From: Haliotis rubra
Lineage: Eukaryota
Direction: 5' to 3'
Length of the DNA stretch: 64,000 bases
Assembly: GCF_003918875.1 (NCBI RefSeq)
Contig: NW_025766983.1
Location: 1,116,001 to 1,180,000, forward strand
In this document: one piece after another, positions 48,240 to 62,600 of the stretch
Layout: each line of letters starts with the position of its first letter
How positions within the stretch are numbered: the first letter of the stretch is position 1
Translations under genes and position numbers: made by a program
Notes under the pieces: model-generated
Database searches by the model: none
Told to the model about the DNA's origin: nothing
Seen by the model: only the letters and a program-made list of their open reading frames with translations

Positions 48240-50060
48240 CAGTCATTTAGAAAGACCCACGAGATTGGAGCCCAAATCACGGCCAGCACTGACGGCAGAG
48301 CAGAGGAAAACCCTGGTACATAAAAGTAGGACTCTGAAGTGCGAACTTCATCTTCGGACCACGACTGAGACGCTGCTGCAGAGAATTAGATATCAAGACC
48401 ACGCCATGGATCCAGCGACCTGCATAGATCATAAGCGGAATGCAACCACATCGGCTGCACGGACTGCATGGAATGCACCTGCCACATGGATCACATGGAC
48501 CGCACCGGTCATCCACGCCACAGAGTCGATCTGCATCAGAGTTCAGTTCAGAGTTCCACCATTCGTGATATCAGTGGATCCATGGTTATTCACGATTCTA
48601 GCAGCCATGGTACTTGCATAGCAACATGTGCAACACATAATAATTCATGGTTATCTGGTTTCCTGTCTCCAAAGTCAATTTAGATGACTCTTTAGAAGAC
48701 TCCCGATTTCGTCAGGAATTTTGGTTTGATGCTGTATCAAGACAAACCAGAGCTTCAGCCCAAGAAAATACAGAAATACACAGGGGATGTATTTGACACG
48801 TAAGCCAGGATAACGCAGTTTAAAACTCTCCACACACTCTTCAGCAATGGATGTTGGTATTAGGAGCAATCTCGCATCTTTGCAGGATCTCACATTCAGA
48901 GACCCACTGCATCTAAGATTCATTCAGAATTGGATCAACCAGCATCGAGGGAAACTGCTAGGTTCTGTAATTGTACCTATGGATCTGGTAGTCAAGGACC
49001 ATTGTGGTGGAAGAATCCTGACAACATCACACCCCATACTAAGAATGCCGTGGCAGATTATAATTTCTTCACAAATACTTCACCCGCGGAATGGGGAGTT
49101 CATCTGGAAGACAAGGTGGCATCAAGTCTCGGTGAGTTAGATTCACCAGCCCACATCAATAGCCTGAGATGAGAGCAGTACTATGAGCCATCACGCACTG
49201 GCCACTAATACTCTGGTAATCTTCCTACTACAGCTTGTTCAGCTTGACCTGAGCTACTCTACATATGCATGACCCGAGGAGGTCAATGGCACAAACGGCT
49301 GGTTGAGTTAACTTCATTAAATAGGGGAGCAGAGACTGTTGTTATTGTTGCGTTCGTGCGAAACATGCATACATGGATTCGTTACAGAACTTGTCCCGGA
49401 AAACAACACTTCTGAAAAAACAATTCAATTAAAACATGAATTGTTTTAACAGTCATATGCTATCTAGTTTGGTTTACTAACTTAACGATGTAAAGTCAGT
49501 TACTTTCAGAATCAATTCACTCTCGCTATCACTCTCTCCACCCAGTTCAATTATCATTTTTTTTCTATCGACCTTGTCTCGGCTGTTCGGACATGTTGAC
49601 AATCTGCTGACAAAGGCGCACCCTTCACAGTAATAGACCCAACCAGTTGTGACACGGTCTTGCAATGCATTAGTATTCACTTGATCAGGTCAAGCTGAAC
49701 AACCTGTAGTTGCATTGGGCAATGCCTCAGTAGTTGCCTGTATCAACAGAATTTGAGGCACCCATTCTCAAGTCAACGAGAGAATTTCGCGATCTAGCCG
49801 ACAGTCTGGATTGCAACAGTTTGGTAAGGCACATCAAAGGGAAAATCAACATCTTTGCAGATGCTTTATCATGACAAGACAAGGTCCTATAGACAGATGG
49901 GCTTCATTCAGAAACCTTCATGCCAATAACGATGAAATGGGAACAACCTCATATAAATCTGTTCACAAAATCCCTGAACAATCAATTGCAGACATATATC
50001 AGCAAAGTTCAAGATCTGCAAGCTTATGTATCGGATGCAATGTCGACATATTGTTATGAT
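48240..50060 (+). mobile_element. Heavily decayed DIRS-type retroelement (RT and RNase H remnants)
   Basis: PLHLRFIQNW, FTNTSPAEWGVHL (cf. FTDAS-GWGAHL), HINSL(E), LVALGNASVVACINR and HIKGKINIFADALS across frames; many stops. Confidence 0.65.
49231..49706. mobile_element. MITE (TA TSD) inserted in the DIRS RNase H relic
   Basis: TIRs CAGCTTGTTCAGCTTGACCTGA / TCAGGTCAAGCTGAACAACCTG with TA flanks; removal restores FLLVALGNASVVACINR. Confidence 0.8.
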
Positions 50061-50074
50061 GTCATGCTATTGCA

Positions 50075-50470
50075 CGACTGTGTACAACAATTAACATGAT
50101 GTCATGTTTTAAAAGGTCAGTGTGCAACAGTTGTGATGATGTCATGCTTTGCATGACTAGCAAAGGATTGTGTGCGGGGCTTTACGCATGACGTAGGAAG
50201 TGATGACTTCAGGAAGTTTATGGCGCTCTTGGACGTCTACAGCAAGCTGACAGGATCTTTCTTCTGGGAGGACATATTCCCTCCTCTGATGTGTCTACCG
50301 ACGCGCATATAATATGTGCTGGTATCATGAAGCAAGGTATCAACACAGCGTTCTCGGGGAAGTCTTAACCTGCGTCAGCAAAGGGAACTGTCCTTCTGAG
50401 GTTCATTCCTGATGTTATGTTTGCTAAAGAATGGACTTTGTATTTCGCCTATATAGACGATATATTTATT
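50075..50470 (+). pseudogene. Relic of a CYP-A paralogue (part of exon 6 and flanking introns), inverted relative to CYP-A
   Basis: 50187-50305 reads HDVGSDDFRKFMALLDVYSKLTGSFFWEDIFPPL versus CYP-A HDVGSNDFRKYMALLDDYSKLTESFFWEDIVPPL; flanks match the reverse complement of 21011-21130 and 20520-20760. Confidence 0.85.
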
Positions 50471-50619
50471 GTGGGGAAGCAACCCTTTCAAGTGCTTTAC
50501 TGACGTTATCCTTATTGTGGGACTTTGTGTCGAGCCCATATCCTTTTACTACGTACTTGGAGTACCATTCGTTCCAGATGCTGCTAAATATAGCTGACTT
50601 CCAACCCTCATGTCACAGA

Positions 50620-52210
50620 TCAGTACCACAATACCATAACCAATTACCACACCTGTACAATATCATGACAATTACCACACCTGTACAATACCATGACCAG
50701 TACCACACCTGTACAATACCATGGCCAGTACCACACCAGTCCAATACTATGACAGTACCACACCAGTACAATACCATGACGAGGTACCAACACCTGTACA
50801 ATATCATGACAGTACCACACCTGTACAATACCACGACCAGTACCACACCTGTACAATACCATGACAGGTACCACACCAGTACAATACCATGACAGGTACC
50901 AACACCTGTACAATACCATGACCAGTACCACGTCAGTAAAATACCATGACAGTACCATACCGGGAAAATACCATGACGGTATATTTATTGTGGGACTTTG
51001 TGTCGGACCCATATTCTTTTTACTACGTACTTGGGTGGCCATACGTTACAGATGCTGCTAAACATAGCTGACTTCTAACCCTAATGTCACAGATCAGTAC
51101 CACACCTGTAGAATACCACGATCAGTCCCACACTAGTACAATACCATGAACAATACCACAGCAGTACAATACCGTGAAAAATGCCACACCAGTACAGTAC
51201 CGTGCAAAATACCACACCAGTACAATACCTTGGTCATTACCAAACCAGTACAATACCGTGAAAAACACCTCACCAGTACAATACCGTGACCGTACCACAC
51301 CTGTACAATACCATGACCAGTACCACACCTGTACAATACCATGACCAGTACCACACCTGTACAATACCATGACCAGTACCACACCAGTACAATACCATGA
51401 CAGTACCACACCAGTACAATACCATGACAGTACCACACCAGTACAATACCATGACAGTACCAAACCAGCACAATACCATTACAGTACCAACACCAGTACA
51501 ATACCATGACCAGTACCACACCTGTACAATACCATGACCAGTAGCACACCTGTACAATACCATGACCAGTACCACACCTGTACAATACCATAACCAGTAC
51601 CACACCTGTACAATACCATGACGAGTACCACACCTGTACAATACCATGACCAGTACCATACCTGTATAATACCATAACCAGCACCACACCTGTACAATAC
51701 CATAACCAGTACCACACCTGTACAATACCATGACAGTGCCACACCAGTATAATACCATGACAGTTCCACACCAGTACAATAGCATGACAGTACCATACCA
51801 GTACAATATCATGAGCAGTACCACACCTGTACAATACCATCACCAGTACCACACACCTGTACAATACCATGACGGTACCACACCTGTACAATACCATGAT
51901 CAGTTACCACACCACCACATTATCGTGTCCTGTAAAACAACAGTACAATACCGTGACAGTTACCACACCAGTACAATACCATGACAGTACCACGCCCGTA
52001 CAATTCCATGAAAGCACCACACCAGTACAATACCATGACGGTAGCACACCTGTACAATACCATGACAGTACCACACGAGTACAATTCCATGAAAGCACCA
52101 CGCCAGTACAATACCATGACAGTACCACACCTGTATAATACCATGACAGTACCACACCAGTAAAATACCATGACAGTACCACAGCAGTACAATAATATGA
52201 CCATTACCAT
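50620..52210. repeat. 27/28-bp satellite, same family as 30660-32600
   Basis: Direct reading; interrupted at ~50980-51100 by a second copy of its unique head sequence. Confidence 0.95.
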
Positions 52211-55200
52211 TCAAGAACCACACAGGTACAAAAGTACCGCGACACTACCTCAGTGAAGTAAGACAACACTTGATTCTTTCCCAGCACAAAAGTTAATTTA
52301 CCATGCCATGACAGATTGGTCATGTGAAAGTCATGAACGTGTATTCTGTTACGTTGCACTCTCCACGCTGACTCACCAACACTCACCCAGACCGCCATTT
52401 AAGCAGAGGTCGAGACAACTTAGAGTGTATAGTGTGACCTGGAAGTGTTTGTGTGAAGATATACGCGGCTGGCTGACTTGGCATTTACCTGAGTTCGGTA
52501 TACCCGACCTTCGTGCCCGACAACAGCCGATCCCACCGACCCGTCTTTAGACGAGCTAGTTCGTTCATCATATCAAGGGGAATCGTTTCTCCTCCAAACA
52601 GCCTCCGGTTGTATGTGGTCAGCAAAGGCTGTCTTTGCAAAACATTATCATGAACTCTCAGTTTCTGAAATTACGTTAATTCGTAAATGTAATCAATGTG
52701 TAGATCATTGTAGGTACGTGCGTGCGTACATGCGTGCGTGCGTATTCGGAGGAGGGTGTGTGAGTGCGTGCGTGCGTGCGAGCGAGCGTGTGTGTGTGTG
52801 TGTGAGTGTGAGAGAGGGGTGTTCATACGTGTACACAAATACAAAATTTCTACTGTTGATCTTGATCTAGTGCTTCAATATGTTTTGTATTCCTTCTTCG
52901 TTTATTGGTGCTGCTCCAGTAAATTTATGACAAGCAGAACTATTATATATGTCAGGGGAGCATTTGTTTGTTAAATAAATGTTGGATTTTTTATCTGCCC
53001 CCCTTAACTATTGACCCATAAAATGATTCGCTCCCTCGTGAGCGATTGTAAACAGTCAGGTCACGTGATCACCGTCAGTGTATATTTATACTCGGTTTTG
53101 TTTGTGGGGTCCGTGTCTCACGGTAGCTGCTACCTCGAAACATACTGAAGCGGATCTATCTTCATAATCGTAAGTTCCCGTCATTTCTGAGCTATTCGAT
53201 TTGTTTGTCTTGTGAATACAAACCAACCCCACAGAATATCTCAGGGATATCTTCACTGCACCAGGTGACACAGTTAGATCTTGTCGGTGCATTTGACTTT
53301 CCCAGTCGCCATGCCTACTTACATTCAAATTTTCATGTCAACTCTGGTATATCTCAATCAGTGAATGTAGGATGTCGTTTAGACGGAGGTTTGGGCGATA
53401 TCAATTGCCCGTGAACTATTTGCTTTGAGGGTCTAAACTGGTGGCTTACGTTCCACTTTGTCATTTGTAATCTTAAGCACGACACGTTACATGTTAACAG
53501 GCGCAGTGTATGCGTGTGTTTGTGTGCGTGTGTGTGTGCGTGTGCGTGTGCGTGCGTGTATTAGAATGTCAAGATTTATATTTCAGATATTATCAAATTT
53601 GGCTATGTATCGTTCTCTTCTGAGGACGCCCCACTCACTGTTAATGCCACATGTTATAGGTATAAGAATTTAACCGGGAGCTGTCTTGAATCCAACAAAA
53701 ATCATTAAATTATTAATTTTAATTTACTGTTTAACGAAATTTCGTACATTAGCTGCAATTCACTGCTACAATCGAGTCTGATCCTCTCTATAGGAAAAAT
53801 GGCTTTCATTTGGAACAATTCAGAAGGTGATGAAAGTATTCTTTGGAAAACATTTACTCTATAACCAGCCTATAACACATGATAGTTCGTCGTAAAGCCC
53901 TTCTCGAAAACGCTTCAATATTTTCCAACGAAAATTGGCAGACATACCAAGCAGATCCTGAAGTAGTGCCTTGTACTATTTGCGGACTTTGTTGGCATTT
54001 ACTTATTAAACTGTGCCATACCAAGACCAGGTTGTCAAGTTATGGCTTTTGCTATTTGGGGATTTGTTGAATTTATATATCTTCAGTTTCCATGTCAAGG
54101 ACTTCCAAATCTCAATTACATGGTATTTTTTATATAGCTCATACTATTCTTGCATTCGGATAGAAATATTAGATAGATCTTCACAGGACTCTCACCAAGG
54201 TTGAATTAAAGTAATAGTCAGATGATATATTCTTTCGTCTGTACAAGGGGATTAGTCTTCCTCTGGTGACTCTTGTTTTCAATTTAGTCAAACATCATGG
54301 TTGGGACTTTGGAATGGATTAGTTACAACTGCTTTGGAGTACCGGATCACACTAATGCTGGCTTTGGCAGCGACGGTAATGGTGTATTTTATGACCCGGA
54401 AACGTTACAAGCTTCCACCGGGACCACGTGGTCTCCCGTTGCTTAGCAATATTCTAGGTAAGCGGAACATCAAAGCAGACGGAAAATGTTAAAAAATATG
54501 AAGTCTCCATATTTGAAACTGTCCTGAGTTTAAGTCTGCGCGAATATTCTCTAAAATTTGAATTTTAACTCATAAATACATTTCAGGTTTCAAAGTTATA
54601 TGCTTCTATAGCTTAGAATTTTAAGTGTGGCCCTGCCCATATATGTATATATGTTTTCAACGTTTACAAATAATCAAAATACATGTGTTTTGTTACATCA
54701 ATTGCAGCAATACAAAACAAGTCACTGTTCCGGATGCTGATACAGTTGGAAAAGAAGTACGGCCCCGTGATAACCCTTAACCTTGGTAAAGCGGCTTTGT
54801 GATTGGTTCAAATTGTTCTAAGTTTCAAGGATACAACCAATGATGTAACGACAATTAATACGATATTCTTCCATGGGTGGCACAGTCGTCTGGTGGGCCA
54901 TATTTCCCTGTAAAGCATAGAGGCCTTTGTGCACGCCACTGGCCCGTGATTGTGGCTTCGAATCCTAGTTAGTCCCGATTATGTGTTTTTGTGTGTCAGT
55001 CCATAATTTTTCTCAGAAATGTTTCTGTTATTAGAAGTTGATAGGAATTTAAAACTTAGGATCATTAGGTTTTGACAATATACAGATGGTAACCATTTGA
55101 TCTAAGAGCATTTTAGACATTACAAACAAATAAAAGGTGGTGCTCATCTTCTGCTCCTAAATTGCACAATGCGTCCCGTTACATTAATATTTTGTCATTT

Positions 55201-56252
55201 ACCTTCATTATACTTTTTAGTCTCAGTAATCCACATCCAAATGTAATCAATATTGTACGGAGTTTTCTGTGGACAATACGTACAAATATTTTTCAGGAGC
55301 TAAAAGAGTTTTATATACAATATCCTGAGCGTTTATTTAATAAAAGCAAGTCCATGACTGAAAAGACCTAACATTAACATGGTATGTTTGTCTGTTGTTT
55401 AACATCGCCCTCAGCATTATTCCAGCTACAAGACGGCGATCTGTAGGTGATCCAGCCTCTCAGTCAGCCTGCGACCACCCGATCCCGGAGTCGCCTCGAA
55501 GCATGGGTTGTTAAAGATTAATTCTAACCCGAATCTTCACTGGTCCAGACTTCTGTTGGTCTGTGAGACTCAGGCTATGGATTTCACCTGTGCACAGGCT
55601 GTGGTCTTATAGCTGGGGTATTTTGTACTGCGACAAAATCTGTTCGGTGTTTATTATGAACGACTGTAAACATGGCTTGTTTCCCGTAGGTCCAATACGC
55701 ACTTCGTGTTTCTCAACAACTTGAGGTTGTGCAGGAAGCGTACGTAGGGAAGTCTGTGGACTTTGCGGGACGGCCGCAGACGTTCCCTCAGGTTCGTTCA
55801 ATAAAAAACATAATAAAATAATATGATAAAACCAACAAAATAACTTCTTGCAAGCACAATTATATTTCTCTATTCAACAAGCGATGGTAAACATAGCTAA
55901 AGCTTAGGGTTTACCATTTCTATAAACTTTGAAAGTATATTTGCAATCACTGTGAAGTCTTACAATGTCCACATTATTCGCGTGAAGATTTCACTGTTCA
56001 TGTGACTATTTCAGGATTGGCTTTCACCGAGGGAGGGCAAGGACATTGCTTTCAACAGATTATGGACCGACGTGGCAACCCCGATCGAAACTGGCACTGA
56101 GGGCCCTCTAATAAGTCGAGAAACAAATGCAGAGATTCTTATCCTTGCACAGCGTCTTATGCCTTTGTTTCTGACGGATGCCACCGGTGGAGCAGGATAC
56201 CTTCGCGTTTTCTGTCAAAGACCACCGATACTTCTCACACATGCCTCATAAT
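52190..56252 (+). repeat. Near-identical duplicate of 32575-36560 (CYP-B upstream region and exons 1-4)
   Basis: Colinear over ~4 kb with scattered substitutions; indels become dense toward the gap. Confidence 0.95.
54297..56110 (+). pseudogene. Partial CYP-B copy (exons 1-4), frameshifted as assembled, cut by the gap
   Basis: Exons at 54297-54457 (+1 nt), 54708-54785, ~55691-55791 and ~56015-56110; several missense differences from CYP-B (e.g. PPGPRG versus PPGPSG). Confidence 0.75.
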
Positions 56253-56352
56253 NNNNNNNNNNNNNNNNNNNNNNNNNNNNNNNNNNNNNNNNNNNNNNNN
56301 NNNNNNNNNNNNNNNNNNNNNNNNNNNNNNNNNNNNNNNNNNNNNNNNNNNN
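56253..56352. other. Assembly gap (100 N)
   Basis: Run of exactly 100 N, a typical scaffolding placeholder. Confidence 0.99.
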
Positions 56353-59300
56353 ATGAAGTAGATGTACAGTAGATGTAGTCGATAGATGTCCAGTAGATGT
56401 ATAGTAGATGTTACAGTAGATGTATTGTAGATGTACAGTAGATGAATTTAGTAGATGCATGGTAGATGTATGAACTAAGATGTAAAGTAGGAATGTCTTT
56501 AGATACCACCATACGAAGTGTGAAAATGACAATTATTATGTATTCCCATGTATCATAGTCAATTGTTTCCAGTTAAGTCATGTATATCTGCCTTGAAAAA
56601 CAATATTAGCATAATCGTCGTCAGTATATAAATATATATATATCAACGTCAAGTTTATCAGTCAAGCAGTAGGAGAATGCATTATTTATTGTCAGACATA
56701 AAAACATTCACAGCACCAAGATAACATGCCAATCATAGTCACAGCAATTTTAGTACGATGGTTACATTCTTTTTGACACATTTGCTTGCTCTTGATCCGA
56801 TTTGGACCACAAAGTTGCAAGGGTTGTCATAAATGTGGACAGGGAATGGATCAGGACGTGCATTTGTAGGCGTGTGTGAAGTTTGCAGTATAGTGAGAAG
56901 ATCAGTGTCAAATGTTTTCCGGTGTACTTATGTGGGGGATTGTAAAATGCAATCCAAGATGCACCTGTCATGCACAAAGAGGGTCACTGTATCTGGCGAT
57001 ACAATGAATTCTCTTTGGCATTTGTGATTTTATGCGAACATTTAATACCTTAATGGAAATAAGTTTGCTTTATATTTACGCAATGTTTTTACATTTAACT
57101 ATTCTGTGAAGACATCAGGACAACTGCAGCATTCAGTCAAGTGAAAATAAATCACCGTTTACTCTCGACCTTCTTAAATAAAGTAAATATATATAGCACA
57201 TTGAGTGACTTTTTAGCAACATGCCCGCAATATCACGGCGTGGGACACAGAAATGGGTTTCGTACATTGTACCTATGTTAGAATCAGGCCTTCGAAAGGT
57301 GAACACTCCATTAGGACTATTTGCCTTTGCATACTGGTGAAGTGAGGTGAGTAGTATGGTTTTACGCTGCTTTTAGCAATATTCCAGCAACATCACGACA
57401 GGGGACACCAGAAATGGGCTTCACACATTGTACCCATGTGGGAAATGGAACGCCGGTCTTCAGCGTGACGAGCGAACGTTTTAACCACTAGGCTACCTCA
57501 CCACCCCTGCATACTGGTGACTCTGACCATTGTCAATGGTCATAAAAAGTTATATCACGTGGACACACATGTGGAGGAGGTCAAGCTTGCCAATGCTGGT
57601 GATTATCCTCTAACAAAAAATATCTTAGTAATAAGTTGATAGTAACCTTATTTCACTAATTAATAAATAATAGCTCCACACGTCGTCCCTTGACTAGAAG
57701 AAGAAAGAGAAGAAGAATTGTAGAATGTTTCAGTATAAAAGCCACAGGCACATGTCCATTACACAACAACAATATATACTCATGGAAACGAATAGGGGAA
57801 AACACGAAAGTACAAAAGTCCTTTTATTTATTTCCAGATTTTCACCAACAGTGCAATATAAACCATGACAAGAAACCCGGAAAAGAGTATTGGAACACAT
57901 GCACTTTCGTGTGTTCCTTTATTTGTTTCCATGAGTATATACATACAATGTGGTGGTGTTGGTGGTTCGAAAGCTGTGCTGCAGATGAAGGGTATTCTGT
58001 CATTTTAATGAATTGCTAAAAAAACCTCTTCACTTTGATATGTCATCTTAATACACACTGAAGCCCTATCGTAATGAAACGTCTTAACACTACTGTGTAC
58101 TGTTCACAAACGGGTGTTTATAGGTATGTGTGTACTTTAAGAACGATGTTGGGGGGGAAGGCTGCTAGCGACCAGAAGTTTAGCATTTCAATTGATGAAA
58201 TGCATGAATAGTGCTGACAGGCTTCTGAGAAATCCGCGTAGGTCGAACATATCCATACCACACTATTCACAGTGTTAGGGTTCGAGTACTCAACCACGAT
58301 CAAGAGACGTGATTTACTGCCATCTATTCAGGACCAGACGCCAAGGACACAAACACGGTTTGCAAGCAGAACTACTTACTGCGTAATAGAGAGAAACCCC
58401 AATATACATATGTCAGCTCAAATGACACCTATAACAGGTGTGTTTTTGAAGATGTGCCAAGTAAGGGTATAATATGTTACACCTATGCCTGGTGGTATCA
58501 GGGTTATTCCACCCACCCCTCCACACACTCTCGTCATATTACCCCTGCCAACTGCTCCCAGGTTGATTTTAAGTATAACATGATACAATATCTATGTAGC
58601 ATAAGTTTTATTTGGTTTGCTCAACGCCGCTTTGAACTGTGTTTCAATTACATTACGGCGCATAGCCTCAATATTCAGTACCGTGAAGAGCCAGGTTATA
58701 ATCGGTCAGATACAAACCATGCTTGTCGTAAGGGGAGACTAACGGGATCGGGTGGTCACACTCGCTGGCTTGCGGAGTTCGTTGTTCTTTTTGTTGATCA
58801 CCGGAATGCGTGGCTGACATTCGATCATTGCCTGCGTGTAGCACTAAACTATTTGAGAGTGACTGCGTGTAACATTTTACACGTATATCCCCAGAGTCCA
58901 GCGTGAGAGAGTGAGTTGGGAACTACATCACCTTTTGCAGCAATATTCCAGCAATGTCATGTAGGAATGGAACCACTAGGGTAAATCACCAATCACACAT
59001 GCCAGAATACAAATATAATTTAGATAAATGCACCAAAGCCTATAATGATATATGTGGTCTAAAAATATGTATACTCTGATAAATATCCTGGAACTTTTCT
59101 CGTACAGAGGTTCATTTTCAAGCCAAATCATATGAGATGACGCTGAAAATAGATGTCCTATGAAAACACAGTCGAGACAAATCAAAAGATTTATCGTGCA
59201 ACATACTCTGCTCATAGAAGAGATTTCTTATAGATATTGAGAGTTTTTGTGCTCTTTTGGCAAATTAGTTGCAAGTGTCATGGAAATGGTGGACGTTTTG

Positions 59301-59631
59301 GACGTTTGAGAAGTCATTCAAGACAGAATAGATATATAATACTCTGTAAATCGAGGTTGTGGCGAGCGCTGCATCATGATTTACTGGCATAGATGAATTT
59401 TAGGATTGTTTTATGCTATGTACATGTCAAAGGCTAAATTCAACATTCTTTATGAAAAGCCTGGAGCTTTCACGGGTTTAAAACGTAAATCATCTTTACA
59501 ATTTCTTTATTCCTTTTAATACTATGGGCTCGAGAATAAATATACAACATGTCATGTATGAAATCAATCAAGTGCATAACATATAAAGATATGAATGATA
59601 TCTGCGTGGTGACAACGTCAATGGATCAATG

Positions 59632-62600
59632 TTAGGATCTGACTTTGAATATAAGTTTATAGTCTCTCGGCCTGTTTTTCTCTGCCTTGAAGTTTGGCTC
59701 CAGACTTGGTTCAACGCCATCTTCTGGGGATATGTGGAAGTTCTTCAGGAGTCCGGCCAGGATGAGATGCAGCTCTGGCTTGGCCAAGTACTCCCCTAAG
59801 CACGCTCTGCGTCCAACAGAGAAGGGTAGAAAGTGTGTGATGGTTGTCTTCACCTTCCCCTCCTCTGTAAGGAACCGTTCTGGTTTGAAGGTTGCAGGGT
59901 CCTCCCAGTGGTCTGGGTCGTGGTGAATAGCCCAATGGTTTATCAGAACGTTGGAGTTCTTGGGAACGTCGTAGGGTCCTGTGGAAACACCATAAGAGAT
60001 TTAACAAACATGCCTGGTTACGTGGTTAATATCGAGTCCATACGTTGATAAGGATCTTTTAGAAATAAGTCAGCGTTTCAGCTAATAGTGCGTGCGTGCG
60101 TGCATGAGTTTCTGTGTGTGCCCATGTTACTCCGTACTAGTACCAGTGTTATACTTCAAGCCAAAGGAGACACCATGACGCAATATACAAAGTACAGATG
60201 GGAGACAAATCGGATTGATGGGGATATTATTGCCGAGACCCAAAACATTTTTTTCCATATCCACCTTTACCTGAAATGTGATACTGACATAAGTTATAAC
60301 CAGTGATTATAATAATAATAATAATAAATGTGAACTTATAATGCGCCTTTTCCATGCACAAGGCCCATGCTCAAAGCGCTAACAAAGTGAGTGGATAATA
60401 ATACATATATACAATAAGGGACTAGTTGCTAGTCATAATGCAGTGAAAACAGATGAGTCTTGAGAAGTCGTTTGAAGGAATAAAAGTCAACTGCTGATTT
60501 AATGGTGATAGGGAGAGAGTTCAGAGTAGAGGGGCAGAGCAGACAAAGGATTTCCTTCCAAAAAGTTTGCAGTTTGAACCGAGGCACAGAGAGTAGGTTC
60601 AGATTCTGAGAACGAAGCTGTCTTTCTGGAGTGTACGGGGTAAGGAGTTCCTTCAGGTATTCTGGGCCTATGCCATTTAGGCATTTGTAGACAAAACACA
60701 ATATTTTAAAGTCAATTCTTGATTTAACAGGCAGCCAGTGGAGGTTTTTCATGACAGGTGTTATGTGTGAGCGCTTTGAAGTTCTGCTTATGATTCGGGA
60801 GGCTGTATTTTGGACATTTTGCAATTTTGATAGCAGCTTCTGAGAAATACCAAAAGGAGGCTATTGCAGTAATCAATTCTTGATATAACAAGTCCCTGGA
60901 CCAGACCGTGTGCTGCATCACGACTGATGAGATGGCGTATTCTGCCAATGGCTCGTAGATGAAAGCGCATATTCTGCAGAGTTGATTTACATGAGTGTCC
61001 ATCGCCAGAGTTATTGAGTCAAGTGTAACTCAAGGTCTTTAACAGAGTCCACTGCTTGTATCTCTGCATCTGCTACCAAAACAGTTTTGGTGGTAATTTG
61101 TTTTACATTTGCCTGGATCAATAACCATCACCTCAGTTTTGTCATCATTTAACTTTAGCAAGTTGTTTGTCATCCATGACTTAACATCTTTAGTGCAGTC
61201 TGTTATTTTATGGAGACCCGTGTGAAAGTCCTTGGGAGTTGAGTTTTTCTGAAGTTGAGTGTCATCTGCAAACGAATGATGGCAAATGCCATGTTTGTCA
61301 ATTACGTCTGCAACATCGGTCGTGTATGCTATGAAAAGAAGCGGACCAGAGTACCGATCCCTGTGGGTACACCACAGTGGACCAAGGAGGTTTGTGATTT
61401 GATGTTATCTAACAGGACAGTCTGACTTCTGCTTTCGAGATAAGATTGTAACCAGATGAGGGGTACCCCATGGATTCCAAATTGGCCCTTGAGTCTTTCC
61501 AGAAGGAGTTGGTGGTCGATTGTATCGAAGGCAGCAGAGAGGTCAAGCAAGATAAGAGTAGCTAGTTTGCCTTCATCAACAGCTGTAAGTAAGTCGTTAG
61601 AGACTCTGAGGAGAGCTGACTCGGTGCTATGATTTGATCTGTAAGCGGACTGGAATTTATCCAAAAGTGAAAAAGCAGAGAAATGATCCCTGAGTCGAAT
61701 ATTGACTGCTCTCTGAAGTATCTTTGATATAAACTTCAGGTTAGAGACTGGTCGAAAGTTTTTAAGCAAGTCAGAATAGGTTCAAACAGATGATCATCGG
61801 ATCTTGGCCCGACCAAGGGATGCAACTCTGCACAACCTTTAATAACCGAACCACTCGTGATCCTGGTACAGTTGAAACAGTCAACAGTTTGCTGTTTTGC
61901 ATGTTCAAAATTTATACGCAAATCTATGCAGCTAACGTACCGTTTATGACATATTTCAAACTGGAAAACAACAGTAACTTAAATAACCCCCAAACCGCAG
62001 TTCCAGAACTATTTAGTACATTCCACCGGTCCTTGAGAAATCTTACTACCCTGGAGCCAATGGGCAAGCGTAAATATACCTATTTTAGCGTCCTTTATTG
62101 CCCTGTGGGGTAGTCCGAAAGGGACAACAGTGCTGAGTCTCATGCTTTCGTATATCACAGCTTGAAGGTAGCTCAGGTAGGGGCGGTCAACAACGTTAGC
62201 CATACATCTCGACTCTGGAAACAAATACATTAGTATAAACAGATGTTGATAAGACGTCTTTCGTCTAAATACATAACCCATGACACCTTAAGATTGATTT
62301 TTTTCCAAAATAATAATAAACATAAACTTTCAAATGCTGACTGATAATATGGTGCGTTTTCCGTCGTCCCCACGATATTGGGTAAATCTGGATGTATCTC
62401 AATCATTGACTGTTCAAATCGATTCAACTGCTTTCATCCGAACAAATGAAAGAGATTAGAATTATAGGCTTTGCAATATCCCACTTTGGTTTCTTCCAAA
62501 CTGACATTACTACGAGTTAAACACTGAAATTGGTCAGTGGTCAATGTCTCCTACCTAGCACCTCGTCCAGTTCCTGGTGGACCTTCTCCTGAATGTCTTG

